IMG/VR virus record: IMGVR_UViG_3300009873_000008
Coordinates: 1 to 64,000 of that record
From: a virus
Lineage: Duplodnaviria > Caudoviricetes
Reading direction: 5' to 3' (one strand)
Length of the DNA stretch: 64,000 bases
Shown: one piece after another, positions 17,533 to 26,798 of the stretch
Position numbering within the stretch: position 1 is the first letter of the stretch
How the letters are laid out: every line of letters starts with the position of its first letter
The notes under the pieces: generated by a model
Database searches by the model: none
Seen by the model: the letters and a program-made list of their open reading frames with translations, nothing else
Told to the model about the DNA's origin: nothing
Translations under genes and position numbers: made by a program

Positions 17533-18099
17533 GTGAATCCGACGCTGATCGAACAGAACGACGAGCCCTGGCTGCTCCTGGGGCTCGATACACGGTTCGA
17601 GACCGACGTGAAGCCCACCGGGATGTTCCTTGGCCTCTCGGGCCGCATCGTCATAGCCGACACCGGTTCGGACCTGATCGCCAGCGTAGCGAGCCTGGAC
17701 AGCGACCCCGACAAGCTGCTGCGCTTTCCGGTTGTGGTCTCGACCTACCGATCCAGACAGGTCGATATGTGGGTGTGCCACATGACTCACGCCCGGCGTC
17801 AGCGGTTCGGTGGTGCGTTTGACCTCCTACGGTTCTCGGGCTACGACTGGGCTCCGGCGAGCATGGTTCGCGGTGTCGGAGCCGATGCCGCCGAAGCGAC
17901 GCGCAGCTACATCCGCCAGATCGCCGGCTACAACACCGGTCAGTCGTGGCAGATCGTCCCGCTGATCGTCGCCGCGGCCGAAGGTGACGGACGTCCCGGG
18001 CCCCGCGTCCTCGAACGCGCGCTAGCGTGTTTCCTGAAGACAGGCCGCGTTACCGACATGACGCGCCGCTATTCCACGAAGTTCACGAGACCGCAGTGA
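17533..18099 (+). CDS. Hypothetical protein, four-member paralog family, internal tag (DLIASVASLD)
   Basis: GTG 6 nt after TATGAC; tag followed by RFP; late IVPL motif. Confidence 0.65.
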   Translation: MNPTLIEQNDEPWLLLGLDTRFETDVKPTGMFLGLSGRIVIADTGSDLIASVASLDSDPDKLLRFPVVVSTYRSRQVDMWVCHMTHARRQRFGGAFDLLRFSGYDWAPASMVRGVGADAAEATRSYIRQIAGYNTGQSWQIVPLIVAAAEGDGRPGPRVLERALACFLKTGRVTDMTRRYSTKFTRPQ

Positions 18100-18320
18100 C
18101 CACCATCAAACTGAACTACTCGGCGCTCCAACGACTGATCGTGATCGAGCGACCGGGGACGCCAGCCACGACCATCACGCTGACGCCCGACTGGTCGGTC
18201 TACGACATCCCGCTCCTCGACGACGCCATCGAGAACGAAGCGCTCTCCTCACTCTCGGGACTCATGATGCTCACCGGCGGCGACCAGGATGTGACTATTG
18301 CCTTGGGGCTGCCCGTGTAA
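18096..18320 (+). CDS. Hypothetical protein
   Basis: GTGA coupling, 74 aa. Confidence 0.55.
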   Translation: MTTIKLNYSALQRLIVIERPGTPATTITLTPDWSVYDIPLLDDAIENEALSSLSGLMMLTGGDQDVTIALGLPV

Positions 18321-18350
18321 GAGCGAAGAACCCGCCTGTCAGGGTATGAC
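18316..18350 (+). promoter_or_regulatory. Putative promoter TGTAAG-N14-CTGTCAGGG-TATGAC
   Basis: Combines both recurrent motifs; start codon 6 nt downstream. Confidence 0.55.
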
Positions 18351-18356
18351 AGGAGG

Positions 18357-18917
18357 GTGAGCGTGGAGCAGTTCGGGCTGTGGATCTACCGAGGTTACAA
18401 GCGCGGCGTGGTCAAGCTCGCGCTCTCGGTCAGGCACCGACACGGCTCGCATGACCTTCTGCTGTCCTCGGGCGTGCATCTCTCAGCCGTGCCGTCGAGT
18501 CGTCTCCACTCCCTGGCCAGTATCGACCGGTCGCTACCGATCGTCGAGTCAGTCGCGACGCTGAACTCGCTGCGCTTCCCGTTGCTCGTGAACTTCTGGG
18601 CATGCCGGTCCGACGTCGGTGTCGATTACGTCCGCGCTCAGGGCGGCGGGTGGTCCGTCGAGTTCGATGACGAGACCCCGCCCGAGATCGTAGTCTTCCG
18701 CAGTGGCGGTCTATCAGGCTGCTTCGACTACATCGACGGCGACTACCCCGACGAGGAGCGGGCGCGCTTGCGCGTCACCGCGGCGCTTCAGCAGCGAACA
18801 CCTGCGATCGGCGTTGAAGTAGTTCCGATCTTCGTTCGTGGACCCCACGGTGGACCGGAGAACATCGCTCAGTTGCGAGCAGACCTGGCAAAGTTCCGAG
18901 CGGGAGACCTCCAGTGA
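18357..18917 (+). CDS. Hypothetical protein, paralog family with 17533, internal tag (PIVESVATLN)
   Basis: Tag followed by RFP; late VVPIF motif. Confidence 0.65.
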   Translation: MSVEQFGLWIYRGYKRGVVKLALSVRHRHGSHDLLLSSGVHLSAVPSSRLHSLASIDRSLPIVESVATLNSLRFPLLVNFWACRSDVGVDYVRAQGGGWSVEFDDETPPEIVVFRSGGLSGCFDYIDGDYPDEERARLRVTAALQQRTPAIGVEVVPIFVRGPHGGPENIAQLRADLAKFRAGDLQ

Positions 18918-19261
18918 GACGGTCCACTGACGTCGAAGTCCTCCTTCCTCCCGACATCACGAAGTCGGTCATGGGGCTCATTCGGTCTGGCCGATTCGAG
19001 GCGTCGTGCGATCTGCGCGGTTTCCTCGGTCGACACCGTCACACCCACACGCCCGCACGCCTACGCTTCGTGTTCGGTCCGGCAACGCCCGACGCCTTCG
19101 GTCTGTCAGACGCCACGATGGTCAAGTCGGCTCTCGACGAACTCGGGCGCCTGCCCACCGACTTCTCCTCGTTCGATCCCCGCGAAGTGCGATACCTGGC
19201 CGGCGAACTGAACAAGTGGCTCAGTCGGCCGCTCGTTGATGCGATCGGGGACTTGGCGTGA
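18914..19261 (+). CDS. Hypothetical protein with C-terminal tag (PLVDAIGDLA)
   Basis: GTGA coupling on both ends. Confidence 0.65.
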   Translation: MRRSTDVEVLLPPDITKSVMGLIRSGRFEASCDLRGFLGRHRHTHTPARLRFVFGPATPDAFGLSDATMVKSALDELGRLPTDFSSFDPREVRYLAGELNKWLSRPLVDAIGDLA

Positions 19262-19635
19262 GCACCTACCTCGTTGTGCGCGTGCGGCTCTCTGCGCGGC
19301 AGCTTGAGCGGCTGCTCCTCTGCGGCGACGAGTCGCAGATTCTCCGCCGCGTCTGTGAGAAGACGACTGGCTTCCTGAACTACTACGCCCGGTGGACCAA
19401 CAAACACGCTGGTGCGTTTCCTTACCCGTCATCACAGATGGCGATGGCTGACGCAGTCCTCGACAAGCCGCGAGGCCGAAAGGTGGTCGTTCAACTACAA
19501 GACGCGCCCTCTTCCGTTCAGCGTCGCAGAACGCTCGGCACAGTGCTCGGCACCACGGACGAACCGCTTCGAGTGGCGCGAATCGCGTGGCCGATCGGGA
19601 CGCTCGTCGAGTCGATAGGTCGTCTGAATGGCTGA
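19258..19635 (+). CDS. Hypothetical protein with C-terminal tag (TLVESIGRLN)
   Basis: Coupled ORF, 125 aa. Confidence 0.65.
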   Translation: MSTYLVVRVRLSARQLERLLLCGDESQILRRVCEKTTGFLNYYARWTNKHAGAFPYPSSQMAMADAVLDKPRGRKVVVQLQDAPSSVQRRRTLGTVLGTTDEPLRVARIAWPIGTLVESIGRLNG

Positions 19636-20167
19636 GACTGGACGCCAGCGTTACTGGCGCCAAGTGCGCCAGATCGCGAGCGAGGAGAACATCTCGATCC
19701 AGGCGGCCCGAAGGCGGTGGCGGGCCAGGGTGACCCACGCGACCAGACTACTCGTCCAGGCAGCTGGAGAGTTGGCCGGGCAGGCCGCTCGACCGGTCGT
19801 CCGAGTCGCACGTCCGGTTGTCCGGCTCGTGAGTCGCTCGGCCCCGACAACCTGTCCGTTGTGCCGAGATGACCTTGTCGCTCCGCTCCATCAGTGCGGG
19901 TGCCACGCGGCCTATCATCTGGAATGCGCTTGGGAGATCCCCAGGTGCGCTGTGCTGGGCTGCGGACGTCAGATGCCGCGCATGGAGCGCATGGAGCCGA
20001 CAACACCCGCGGCACCAATCGATCAACCTACGAGCGTCGCTCGGTCAACCGCCCGATCCGCTGATACTCGCCTCGACCGGATCGTCCGCACCCTTTTCGC
20101 TCTCAGCGTCCTTTTCGCGTTGATCGGGTTGATCGCTGCCGTAATGCGATCGGTCGGCGGCGGCTGA
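19628..20167 (+). CDS. Prokaryotic RING-finger-like protein with a C-terminal transmembrane helix
   Basis: CPLC...C.C...YH.EC.....RC...GC; TLFALSVLFALIGLIAAVM. Confidence 0.65.
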   Translation: MAETGRQRYWRQVRQIASEENISIQAARRRWRARVTHATRLLVQAAGELAGQAARPVVRVARPVVRLVSRSAPTTCPLCRDDLVAPLHQCGCHAAYHLECAWEIPRCAVLGCGRQMPRMERMEPTTPAAPIDQPTSVARSTARSADTRLDRIVRTLFALSVLFALIGLIAAVMRSVGGG

Positions 20168-20567
20168 TCTCCGCTTCGAGCGCAGCGCGGATGTCCTGCA
20201 ACGACTGGTCGCTCATCTCCCGGAATGCCCCAGCAGTCACCTGGAGCGGCGAAGCCGAGATTCGATGCCCGATCCCCCGCTTGCCGGCCTCGTCGAGCGT
20301 CTCGTGGAGGAACATCTGTCCCACGGGGCTGCCCAGCCACTGCATGACCGTGGCCGCGATCTCCCGATCCCGAGGCCCGACGTTCTCCTCTCGGACGGGC
20401 CACCCGTTCTCGCCGAACAGGTAGTCGAAGACCCCGAAGGTATCGCACTGCTTGGCCCATCGCTCAGCAAAGAGCCGCTCCATGGGCTCGCGATCGACCC
20501 GCTCGAAGTTCTTTCCCCGCCAACGCTTGGGCACGGGGCGCGCGGACGAGGCTCGCTTGGTGGTCAT
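20103..20567 (-). CDS. Hypothetical phage protein
   Basis: ATG 6 nt after GGG-TAGAAC; AATVMQWLGSPVG motif. Confidence 0.7.
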   Translation of the reverse strand: MTTKRASSARPVPKRWRGKNFERVDREPMERLFAERWAKQCDTFGVFDYLFGENGWPVREENVGPRDREIAATVMQWLGSPVGQMFLHETLDEAGKRGIGHRISASPLQVTAGAFREMSDQSLQDIRAALEAEISRRRPIALRQRSTRSTRKGR

Positions 20568-20672
20568 GTTCTCGTTCTACCCACGTCAGTACGTGCATCG
20601 CTTCGCGTCTACAGGAAGGCGTGAAGCGCGTCGTAGATAGTGGCAGGACTCCGAATGGTAGCGGGAGATTCT

Positions 20673-20915
20673 ATGAGCACTGACGTTCTGGGACCCGGAG
20701 CGCTCGTCAGAACAGCCTACGGTATGACCCGTTATGGACGAATCCTCCAGATCGATCCTCGGCCTGCTAGCTCCGACGCACGATGGGAGGCAGTGGTGTT
20801 CTGGCGCGACGCGAAAGATCCGCAGTCCGTTAGCGCGTACGTGTTGTCGGCCGACGTACCCATCATAGAACGGTTAGCGCTCATGGGCTGGCTATCGGAA
20901 TTGGACGCGGCATAG
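20673..20915 (+). CDS. Small SH3/KOW-like beta-barrel protein with tag (PIIERLALMG)
   Basis: PGALVR...GRIL...VVFW pattern; GGGAG RBS. Confidence 0.55.
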   Translation: MSTDVLGPGALVRTAYGMTRYGRILQIDPRPASSDARWEAVVFWRDAKDPQSVSAYVLSADVPIIERLALMGWLSELDAA

Positions 20916-20975
20916 TAAAGAAACGACCGTCTTGAGCCGATCAGAGGGTAAGACGAAACCGGGAAACGAGGCCGC

Positions 20976-21548
20976 GTGACTGATCCGTGGATCCACCTTC
21001 GACCAAGTGACCTGACCGACTGGCGCATGGAGCACGGCCTGTCCCGCAGGCAGCTGTCGGTCTTCTTCCGAGTCTCCACGTCCACGATCCGTGCGTACGA
21101 ACGCGGAGAAGAGACTCCGCCCGAGTGGCTCCAGGACCGCATGGTCGTCACGATCCTCTCGGGGGAGATTCCGAAGATCACTGTGCCGCGCGGTCGCCGT
21201 CGTCGCTACCGCTGGGCTCGCGCGTTCAGCAGCGACGACCTCTTCCGCTGGCGCAAGGACCAGGGTCTCACGCAGCACCAAGCGGCACAGGTTCTGGGCT
21301 GTTCGCCCGCGTCCGTGAGCGCGTGGGAGCGCAACGAGCGCGCGCCGAAGCGGCCCCTCCAGTATCAGATCCGCACGCGGATCGAGGGGTATGACAACTA
21401 CGAGTTCGCTGCTATCGCCGCCATCGACCCACCGTCAGCAACTGCTGACCCTGACCTGAAGGAGGAGACCGTGACCGCAGTTCCCCAGATCACCAACACC
21501 GACGAGACCGTCCCGACTCCGAGTCGATCAAGTAGTGGGCGCCGGTGA
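20976..21548 (+). CDS. Tandem XRE helix-turn-helix protein (two HTH domains)
   Basis: WRMEHGLSRRQLSVFFRVSTSTIRAYERGE and WRKDQGLTQHQAAQVLGCSPASVSAWERNE. Confidence 0.85.
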   Translation: MTDPWIHLRPSDLTDWRMEHGLSRRQLSVFFRVSTSTIRAYERGEETPPEWLQDRMVVTILSGEIPKITVPRGRRRRYRWARAFSSDDLFRWRKDQGLTQHQAAQVLGCSPASVSAWERNERAPKRPLQYQIRTRIEGYDNYEFAAIAAIDPPSATADPDLKEETVTAVPQITNTDETVPTPSRSSSGRR

Positions 21549-21910
21549 TGAGCGAGCGAATGAGGACGAATCCGTCCTCGCGCCCCCAGCGCCCCGAGGG
21601 CAAGCAGGTCGTCGCACGCTTTCACCACGGGCAGGTACCCGCGACAACGACCGCTGCCATGATGATCGCCGACCCCCAGCCTACGACGACCATCCGCGAC
21701 CTCAAGCCGACCGTCGAGGCGAAGCGCGTGGTCATGTTGGAACGCACAGGCAAGCTCACGATCCGGCCCGACCAGTTGAAGGCCATGCTCGCATCGCATG
21801 GCGTGGAGACGCCGGACACCGCCGAGATGAACCTCGACAACGGCTACCTCGTCCTGACCTGGCCCCTCAACACGGAGGTGCTGGACGAGAAGGCGGAGCC
21901 GGCGCCGTGA
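21545..21910 (+). CDS. Hypothetical protein
   Basis: Coupled ORF, high GC3. Confidence 0.6.
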   Translation: MMSERMRTNPSSRPQRPEGKQVVARFHHGQVPATTTAAMMIADPQPTTTIRDLKPTVEAKRVVMLERTGKLTIRPDQLKAMLASHGVETPDTAEMNLDNGYLVLTWPLNTEVLDEKAEPAP

Positions 21911-22563
21911 AGGCGCCCCAGCAGTGGTACGACGCCTGGACCGATGCTGACGGCTCCGAGACGCTGCGCGACGAGTGGGAAACCTGGACCAGCCAGGCTG
22001 ACCTGGTCGATCCCGCTGAGATCGACGTCAACACCCTACGTTGGTCGCCGCCCGTGTCGGTGCTCGTCAACGAAGTTCCCGAGCAGATCGTCCGCATCGT
22101 TCACGTCAGCCCGAAGCAACGACGCGGCAAGAAGCTCATCAAGGTGGTGAACTTCGCCGGCATCTCGACCGTGCTCGATACGGACGTGGTCCAGCCGGTG
22201 TCAGTGGTCGACGCGATCAGCTTCCTGGATGACGCCGCTCTGTGGTGGCAGATCATCCGTGGTGAGCGCGCCGAGCGGCAACATCTCGACGAAGTCAACC
22301 AGGACTTGGCGGTGGGCAGCCCCGTCAAGATCCTGGGGCCCCAGGGCACCGCCCAGGAGAGTCTCAGGCTCTGGGCTAGCCACCTCACCAAGCCGCCCGA
22401 GAGCCTCCTGGCGGACCTCTCAGAGCGCGAGACAGGGCTCTGGCAGCACGCGCTGACAGGCCGAGTGGTCCGACCGCCGCGGGACGTCGGAAGGCGCCTG
22501 CGCGTCCAGATCGACGGGGACGAGCCTGTATCCGTCGGGTGGTACTCGGTCAGACCGGCGTAA
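21907..22563 (+). CDS. Hypothetical protein with two SH3-like segments separated by the tag (SVVDAISFLD)
   Basis: GTGA coupling; VGSPVKI...GRVV...VQIDG second barrel. Confidence 0.6.
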   Translation: MKAPQQWYDAWTDADGSETLRDEWETWTSQADLVDPAEIDVNTLRWSPPVSVLVNEVPEQIVRIVHVSPKQRRGKKLIKVVNFAGISTVLDTDVVQPVSVVDAISFLDDAALWWQIIRGERAERQHLDEVNQDLAVGSPVKILGPQGTAQESLRLWASHLTKPPESLLADLSERETGLWQHALTGRVVRPPRDVGRRLRVQIDGDEPVSVGWYSVRPA

Positions 22564-22582
22564 GTCCTTCTAATACAAACAC

Positions 22583-22614
22583 TGTAAGTCTCGACGACTC
22601 GTCTGTGAGTAGAC
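22583..22614 (+). promoter_or_regulatory. Putative promoter TGTAAG-N14-CTGTGAG-TAGAC
   Basis: AT-rich intergenic region, exact N14 spacing. Confidence 0.55.
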
Positions 22615-22625
22615 GGGAGGAGCAC

Positions 22626-22967
22626 ATGCGAGTCGACGTGACCTTCGACCGGGACGAGCCGACCCTGATCGAGCAGATCGGCGAGTTGTCGCTCGCCGAC
22701 GGCGAGGAACCCGAGACCCGCTGGGCTCTCTCGGTCGAAGTGAAGTGCTTCGGCCGGGACACTCCCGGAACCTACTGGCAGCCGCCCGAGTCGATGGAGA
22801 TCGACCCGGTTCGCGCCTTCCGCGAGACACTCGACGAGGAAGGGCGCCCCCGCGACGTCGAGTTCGACCTGAGCAAGCTCTCCAGTGCTGAGTACGATCG
22901 CATGATCGACGCTCTGTACGAGAGCGTGCGCGAGCAGCGTTACGACGACTGCTACGGGGACAACTGA
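22626..22967 (+). CDS. Hypothetical acidic protein with N-terminal tag (TLIEQIGELS)
   Basis: GGAGGAG RBS. Confidence 0.7.
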   Translation: MRVDVTFDRDEPTLIEQIGELSLADGEEPETRWALSVEVKCFGRDTPGTYWQPPESMEIDPVRAFRETLDEEGRPRDVEFDLSKLSSAEYDRMIDALYESVREQRYDDCYGDN

Positions 22968-22970
22968 CCG

Positions 22971-23162
22971 ATGGCCGACCCGACCATGGACCCCGAGCGC
23001 ATCGCAGCCTGCCTGACGAAGGCTGGAATCCCGGTGCCGCCCGGTGAACTCCTCTACTGCACCGTCCAGATGCAGTACCAGAACTGGTTCGTGCGCACCT
23101 CCAAGGGCTGGCTTTGGTGGAGCGGAAAGGAATGGAAGCCTTCCGTCTACGGTCCTCTGTGA
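22971..23162 (+). CDS. Small Trp-rich hypothetical protein
   Basis: 63 aa, NWFVRTSKGWLWW. Confidence 0.6.
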   Translation: MADPTMDPERIAACLTKAGIPVPPGELLYCTVQMQYQNWFVRTSKGWLWWSGKEWKPSVYGPL

Positions 23163-23656
23163 ACGTGCGTCTGGTCGAAACAGAACCCGGCCGCCGCTAC
23201 ATCGCCGTCGATCGACCGCAATCGACATTGCTTCTGGCCCCCAACTGCACCGCTGACATCATCGTGGGCAGCGGTCGGGTCGGCTTCGAGTGCGGCTTGG
23301 TCGATCTGATCGGCGCGATCGACCAGCCGTTCCGAATGCCACTCCCGTGCATGGTCTACGCCGATGCCAGGCGCCGGGAATCGCATCGATACGTTTGTCG
23401 GATCAACCGCTGGTTCAATCGGGCCGGCGAGTTCACCATCTACTCCGATGACCGGCTCGGCAAACTGCACTTCGGAGAGAGCTTCAACGCAGTCGTCAAG
23501 TGCGCACTTCACTATGCGCGCACCGATCTGCAACCACTCGGAGTCACGTGGGAAGCAGTGCCCTTCTGGCGATCTAGTCGAAACGACGAACACTGGTGCA
23601 AGAACGCGCTTCGTGAGTCTCTCCGCAAGCGGCAGTTCGAGGTGCCGCGGTGGTGA
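23159..23656 (+). CDS. Hypothetical protein, paralog family with 17533, internal tag (GLVDLIGAID)
   Basis: GTGA coupling; tag followed by RMP; AVPFW late motif. Confidence 0.6.
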   Translation: MNVRLVETEPGRRYIAVDRPQSTLLLAPNCTADIIVGSGRVGFECGLVDLIGAIDQPFRMPLPCMVYADARRRESHRYVCRINRWFNRAGEFTIYSDDRLGKLHFGESFNAVVKCALHYARTDLQPLGVTWEAVPFWRSSRNDEHWCKNALRESLRKRQFEVPRW

Positions 23657-24219
23657 AAGCAGCGCGACCCCGCCTGGTGCTCTACAACCACCCGGATCCC
23701 CTCGCGCCGAAGCCGGAGCGTCGGGCCGAGCAACTAGCGCTTCTCTTGGGCCAACGGACTGATCGGAGCTTCATCGACTTCTATTCCGTACTGCTGCCGA
23801 ACGGTCACATCATTCAAGCGAGACAGTGGCAGTTCCTGGAGCTAGACGTAGTATCCCGAGTGGGAGCGCTTAACGATTACGACGCGCGCCCCGTGTTTCC
23901 TCTGTTCGGCTACTTGTACTGGGACTCTGGTCGCCAGGTGTGCCGGGTGCGTTACTGTCCGGCTTGGGACTACAGCTACCTGTGCGATCTGCCGTTCTCG
24001 CGCTTGCCGTCAGCCTTGGCCAGACCGGCCTACGCTGTAGCGCGAGGCAACCGCTCCGCTGAAAAAGTCTGGGTCGAACGCGTCAAAAAGCACTACCGTT
24101 CTTCCGACTTCCAGGTCGTACCGATTGTCGTCGGACGCAACAGCGTCGAAGAGTTCCGAACTCAGACTGAGCGTCTCGGGCTGCCGCTCCGAACCATAAG
24201 AGTTCCGAACTCAGACTGA
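23653..24219 (+). CDS. Hypothetical protein, paralog family with 17533, internal tag (DVVSRVGALN)
   Basis: GTGA coupling; VVPIV late motif. Confidence 0.6.
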   Translation: MKAARPRLVLYNHPDPLAPKPERRAEQLALLLGQRTDRSFIDFYSVLLPNGHIIQARQWQFLELDVVSRVGALNDYDARPVFPLFGYLYWDSGRQVCRVRYCPAWDYSYLCDLPFSRLPSALARPAYAVARGNRSAEKVWVERVKKHYRSSDFQVVPIVVGRNSVEEFRTQTERLGLPLRTIRVPNSD

Positions 24220-24221
24220 GC
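24149..24221. repeat. 24-bp perfect direct repeat (period 49) made of two mini-palindromes
   Basis: AAGAGTTCCGAACTCAGACTGAGC at 24149-24172 and 24198-24221. Confidence 0.9.
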
Positions 24222-24227
24222 AAGATC

Positions 24228-24416
24228 ATGGACGAGATCGTCATCAGCGAAGACGAGATCGAGCGCACGGCCAAACGCCTTGTCCGTGCCGGGGACCAGG
24301 AGGTGATACGCGCCTTCTCACGGGCGAATGCCGACCTGACCGCCGCGATACGAGCTACCACCGATCAGTGGCAGAAACTGGGCAAACTACTGGAGCAGCA
24401 ACTTCCGAAGCTCTAG
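24228..24416 (+). CDS. Hypothetical protein
   Basis: 62 aa helical ORF. Confidence 0.55.
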   Translation: MDEIVISEDEIERTAKRLVRAGDQEVIRAFSRANADLTAAIRATTDQWQKLGKLLEQQLPKL

Positions 24417-24438
24417 GATCGAACAGGATCAAGCAGCC

Positions 24439-24738
24439 ATGACCAGAAAGACCATCAAGCAGGTGACCATCTACTTCGACGGGATTGCGATCACAGTACC
24501 CGCTCGAACTTGGTCCGAGGCCGAAACACTGGAGGTACTAGGTGCGCCGATGTCGGCGCGCGTCGCGTTGGAGCACGCCAAGAATCACCCGCTCGACTTC
24601 TCCCGCGGCTGGGGCTTCGCCGAGGGCCAGCGATACGTGCCGGTCGACGAACAGCGCGTCGGGCTCACCGACGAGAGTGATGGCAACGACTGGGCCCAGG
24701 ATCCCGACTGGTGGAAGAAGGGCAAGTCACGCGACTAG
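24439..24738 (+). CDS. Hypothetical protein
   Basis: 99 aa, ends DPDWWKKG. Confidence 0.6.
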   Translation: MTRKTIKQVTIYFDGIAITVPARTWSEAETLEVLGAPMSARVALEHAKNHPLDFSRGWGFAEGQRYVPVDEQRVGLTDESDGNDWAQDPDWWKKGKSRD

Positions 24739-25353
24739 CAACTCGGCGAGCCGCTGTCGTTGCCAGGCGCGTTCCTCCGAGGAATGAGCGCAGAGTCGGT
24801 AGCACGCAGTAACCATCTCGGCGCACATGGGCCGCAATCTGCGCGCGTGTTGTTGTAGTTGGCTCAGACGCCACTGTTCGTCGAGTTGACTGCGACTGTC
24901 CGCAAGCCAACGCGCCAATGCCTGTGCTCGCTCCAAGTGTTCGTACCGACCTACCGGACGCGCAGCCGCGCTCTTGGCGGCGTGCTCAAGGCACTCTGAT
25001 GACCACCTGTACAGAAGATCATCAGAGAGATGTTCACCGAGCGCCTTGACGGCCGGCAACAGATCCTGGGGAAGGACCATGGCCCCAGTTCCGCTGCACT
25101 TGAAGCAGCTTAGGCTGCGCTCCTCGTCGCTCTCGTCTCGGGGCGAACGAGACCGGCAAGAGGCGCACGGCACCGAGATCGACTCGTTGCACATCGCAAG
25201 CGCTTCGCGCCCGTAGGGTAGCCCGAAGTGCAACGCCAGTTGGACGTTGAATGGGTCCAGCTGCCCGCTACGCAGACGCGCGACCAGCACCGTTGCCGGG
25301 TCGTCGTCGCCCAATCGGCGCTGGCGCTCAAGCCGTCGGAGTCGTTCGTCCAT
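24727..25353 (-). CDS. Hypothetical protein of the DERLRxLER type with a DnaJ-like zinc motif
   Basis: MDERLRRLERQ...A..L..R.RSG.L N-terminus; CASC...CFKCSGTG. Confidence 0.6.
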   Translation of the reverse strand: MDERLRRLERQRRLGDDDPATVLVARLRSGQLDPFNVQLALHFGLPYGREALAMCNESISVPCASCRSRSPRDESDEERSLSCFKCSGTGAMVLPQDLLPAVKALGEHLSDDLLYRWSSECLEHAAKSAAARPVGRYEHLERAQALARWLADSRSQLDEQWRLSQLQQHARRLRPMCAEMVTACYRLCAHSSEERAWQRQRLAELLVA

Positions 25354-25930
25354 CCAAACACTCAGGATGGCGACCAACTAACGGTCGCACCACATTTCTC
25401 CACTCGCTCAGTTGCTGTCGGTTCTTGGGTCGGAACACGTGAGCCCGCGAGATCGTCTCGCCGATCATGACCACTGGTTTGAACTCGACGAACCCAAGTT
25501 TGTGGACACGACCGATCCGCTCCCAGCGCTTGGTGAATGTCTCCCATGCGTTGCGGATGGCAGTTATCGGATCGAGATCGTTGACGAGCACCGAGAACAG
25601 TAGCTCACTCCGACGTCTGCCCATCGCCGCCGTCCAGATGCCGACGCGTGTGGTCTTGATCCGATCTCTCGTGCAGACCGGACTCACCATTACCGGCAAC
25701 ATCAGTTCGAGACGCTCCATCGAGCCGACCATCGCTACCAGATCTGGCTTGAGCAGATTTTTGGCGGTGACGTACTTGACAGCCCTGCTGGTGAGCACCA
25801 CGAAAACGGAGCGCGCCGGATTGATTCCCACCACCAGTCCGTATCGATCCGGGATCCGGGGTTTACCGTCGTCCTGCGGCTCGTGGTGAACGAGTACGAT
25901 GTCGCCCAGCGCCGGGCTCTCTTGCGTCAC
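25328..25930 (-). CDS. Hypothetical protein with an N-terminal SH3/KOW-like segment
   Basis: GTGA coupling; LGDIVLV...YGLVVG. Confidence 0.55.
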   Translation of the reverse strand: MTQESPALGDIVLVHHEPQDDGKPRIPDRYGLVVGINPARSVFVVLTSRAVKYVTAKNLLKPDLVAMVGSMERLELMLPVMVSPVCTRDRIKTTRVGIWTAAMGRRRSELLFSVLVNDLDPITAIRNAWETFTKRWERIGRVHKLGFVEFKPVVMIGETISRAHVFRPKNRQQLSEWRNVVRPLVGRHPECLDGRTTPTA

Positions 25931-26517
25931 TGGCTCGGAGTTTCCGGCGACTCGGGGGGCTCCGGCGACTCCACCTGGAGAACACCGACACTCATCATGA
26001 GCGCGATGACAAACTCCTCGACCGTGTCCTGCACCTTGGGCGGCCCGATTACCGCAGGCTTGGACCGACCCATGGTTCGAGGATCGGCGTAGACGAGAAG
26101 CACGATGGCCCGCTCTCGGACCAGTTCCAGCACGTGTTTCCCGTTCCGAGTAGAAAACGCGCCCGGCCACACTTCGCGCGCGAGCACCGCCGGAATGTCG
26201 TACCTCTTCTCGATCTCAGCCATCATGTGGCGCTGTAGCTCGGTCGAGAGCGCCACGTCGAAGATGATTCCAACTCGGTCGGGCCTGTGTTCCCGCTGGC
26301 CGGCCCCACGTACCCACAAGCAATGATAGTCGCGGCAAGCCTGCGGCCTGGTCTGATAGATCTTGCAGCCAGGCACCGCCCGCGAGTTACGCCTGGGCGA
26401 GCAGTGCTGACAAAGCGTCCACTCCGGCTTATTGAGTTGGGTGATACCGACGACCGTGCAGCAGGCCGTGCAATCGCCGCACGATCTTGTCTTCATGACG
26501 GGTAGCGCGCGGCTCAC
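25927..26517 (-). CDS. YkgJ/CxxCxxCC-family metal-cluster protein
   Basis: CGDCTACC...CQHC...GCKIYQTRPQACRDYHC. Confidence 0.8.
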   Translation of the reverse strand: MSRALPVMKTRSCGDCTACCTVVGITQLNKPEWTLCQHCSPRRNSRAVPGCKIYQTRPQACRDYHCLWVRGAGQREHRPDRVGIIFDVALSTELQRHMMAEIEKRYDIPAVLAREVWPGAFSTRNGKHVLELVRERAIVLLVYADPRTMGRSKPAVIGPPKVQDTVEEFVIALMMSVGVLQVESPEPPESPETPSQ

Positions 26518-26798
26518 TCCGCCTCCCGCTGGCGCCGCGGCCGGTACAGCTTCCAGTGCGCGTCGACCACCACACGTTGATCCGAGATCATCTCTTGTAG
26601 GTGGTTGGCGACCTCGAAGGACTCGCTAGTCATCCACCTTTCGGGCCAGCGCCATCCGGCTTGTACCGCCTCCACCATCCACGGAAGCACCAGCGTTGGA
26701 TCTTTCGCCTGAATCACGCGCAGGACGACCATGCTAGCGCTGACCGACTCGTGCTCAGGCACTGCCGCAAGAATGTCTTCCTGAGTAAACGTCATCAT
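26514..26798 (-). CDS. Hypothetical protein, possible winged helix
   Basis: Coupled ORF, 94 aa. Confidence 0.55.
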   Translation of the reverse strand: MMTFTQEDILAAVPEHESVSASMVVLRVIQAKDPTLVLPWMVEAVQAGWRWPERWMTSESFEVANHLQEMISDQRVVVDAHWKLYRPRRQREAE

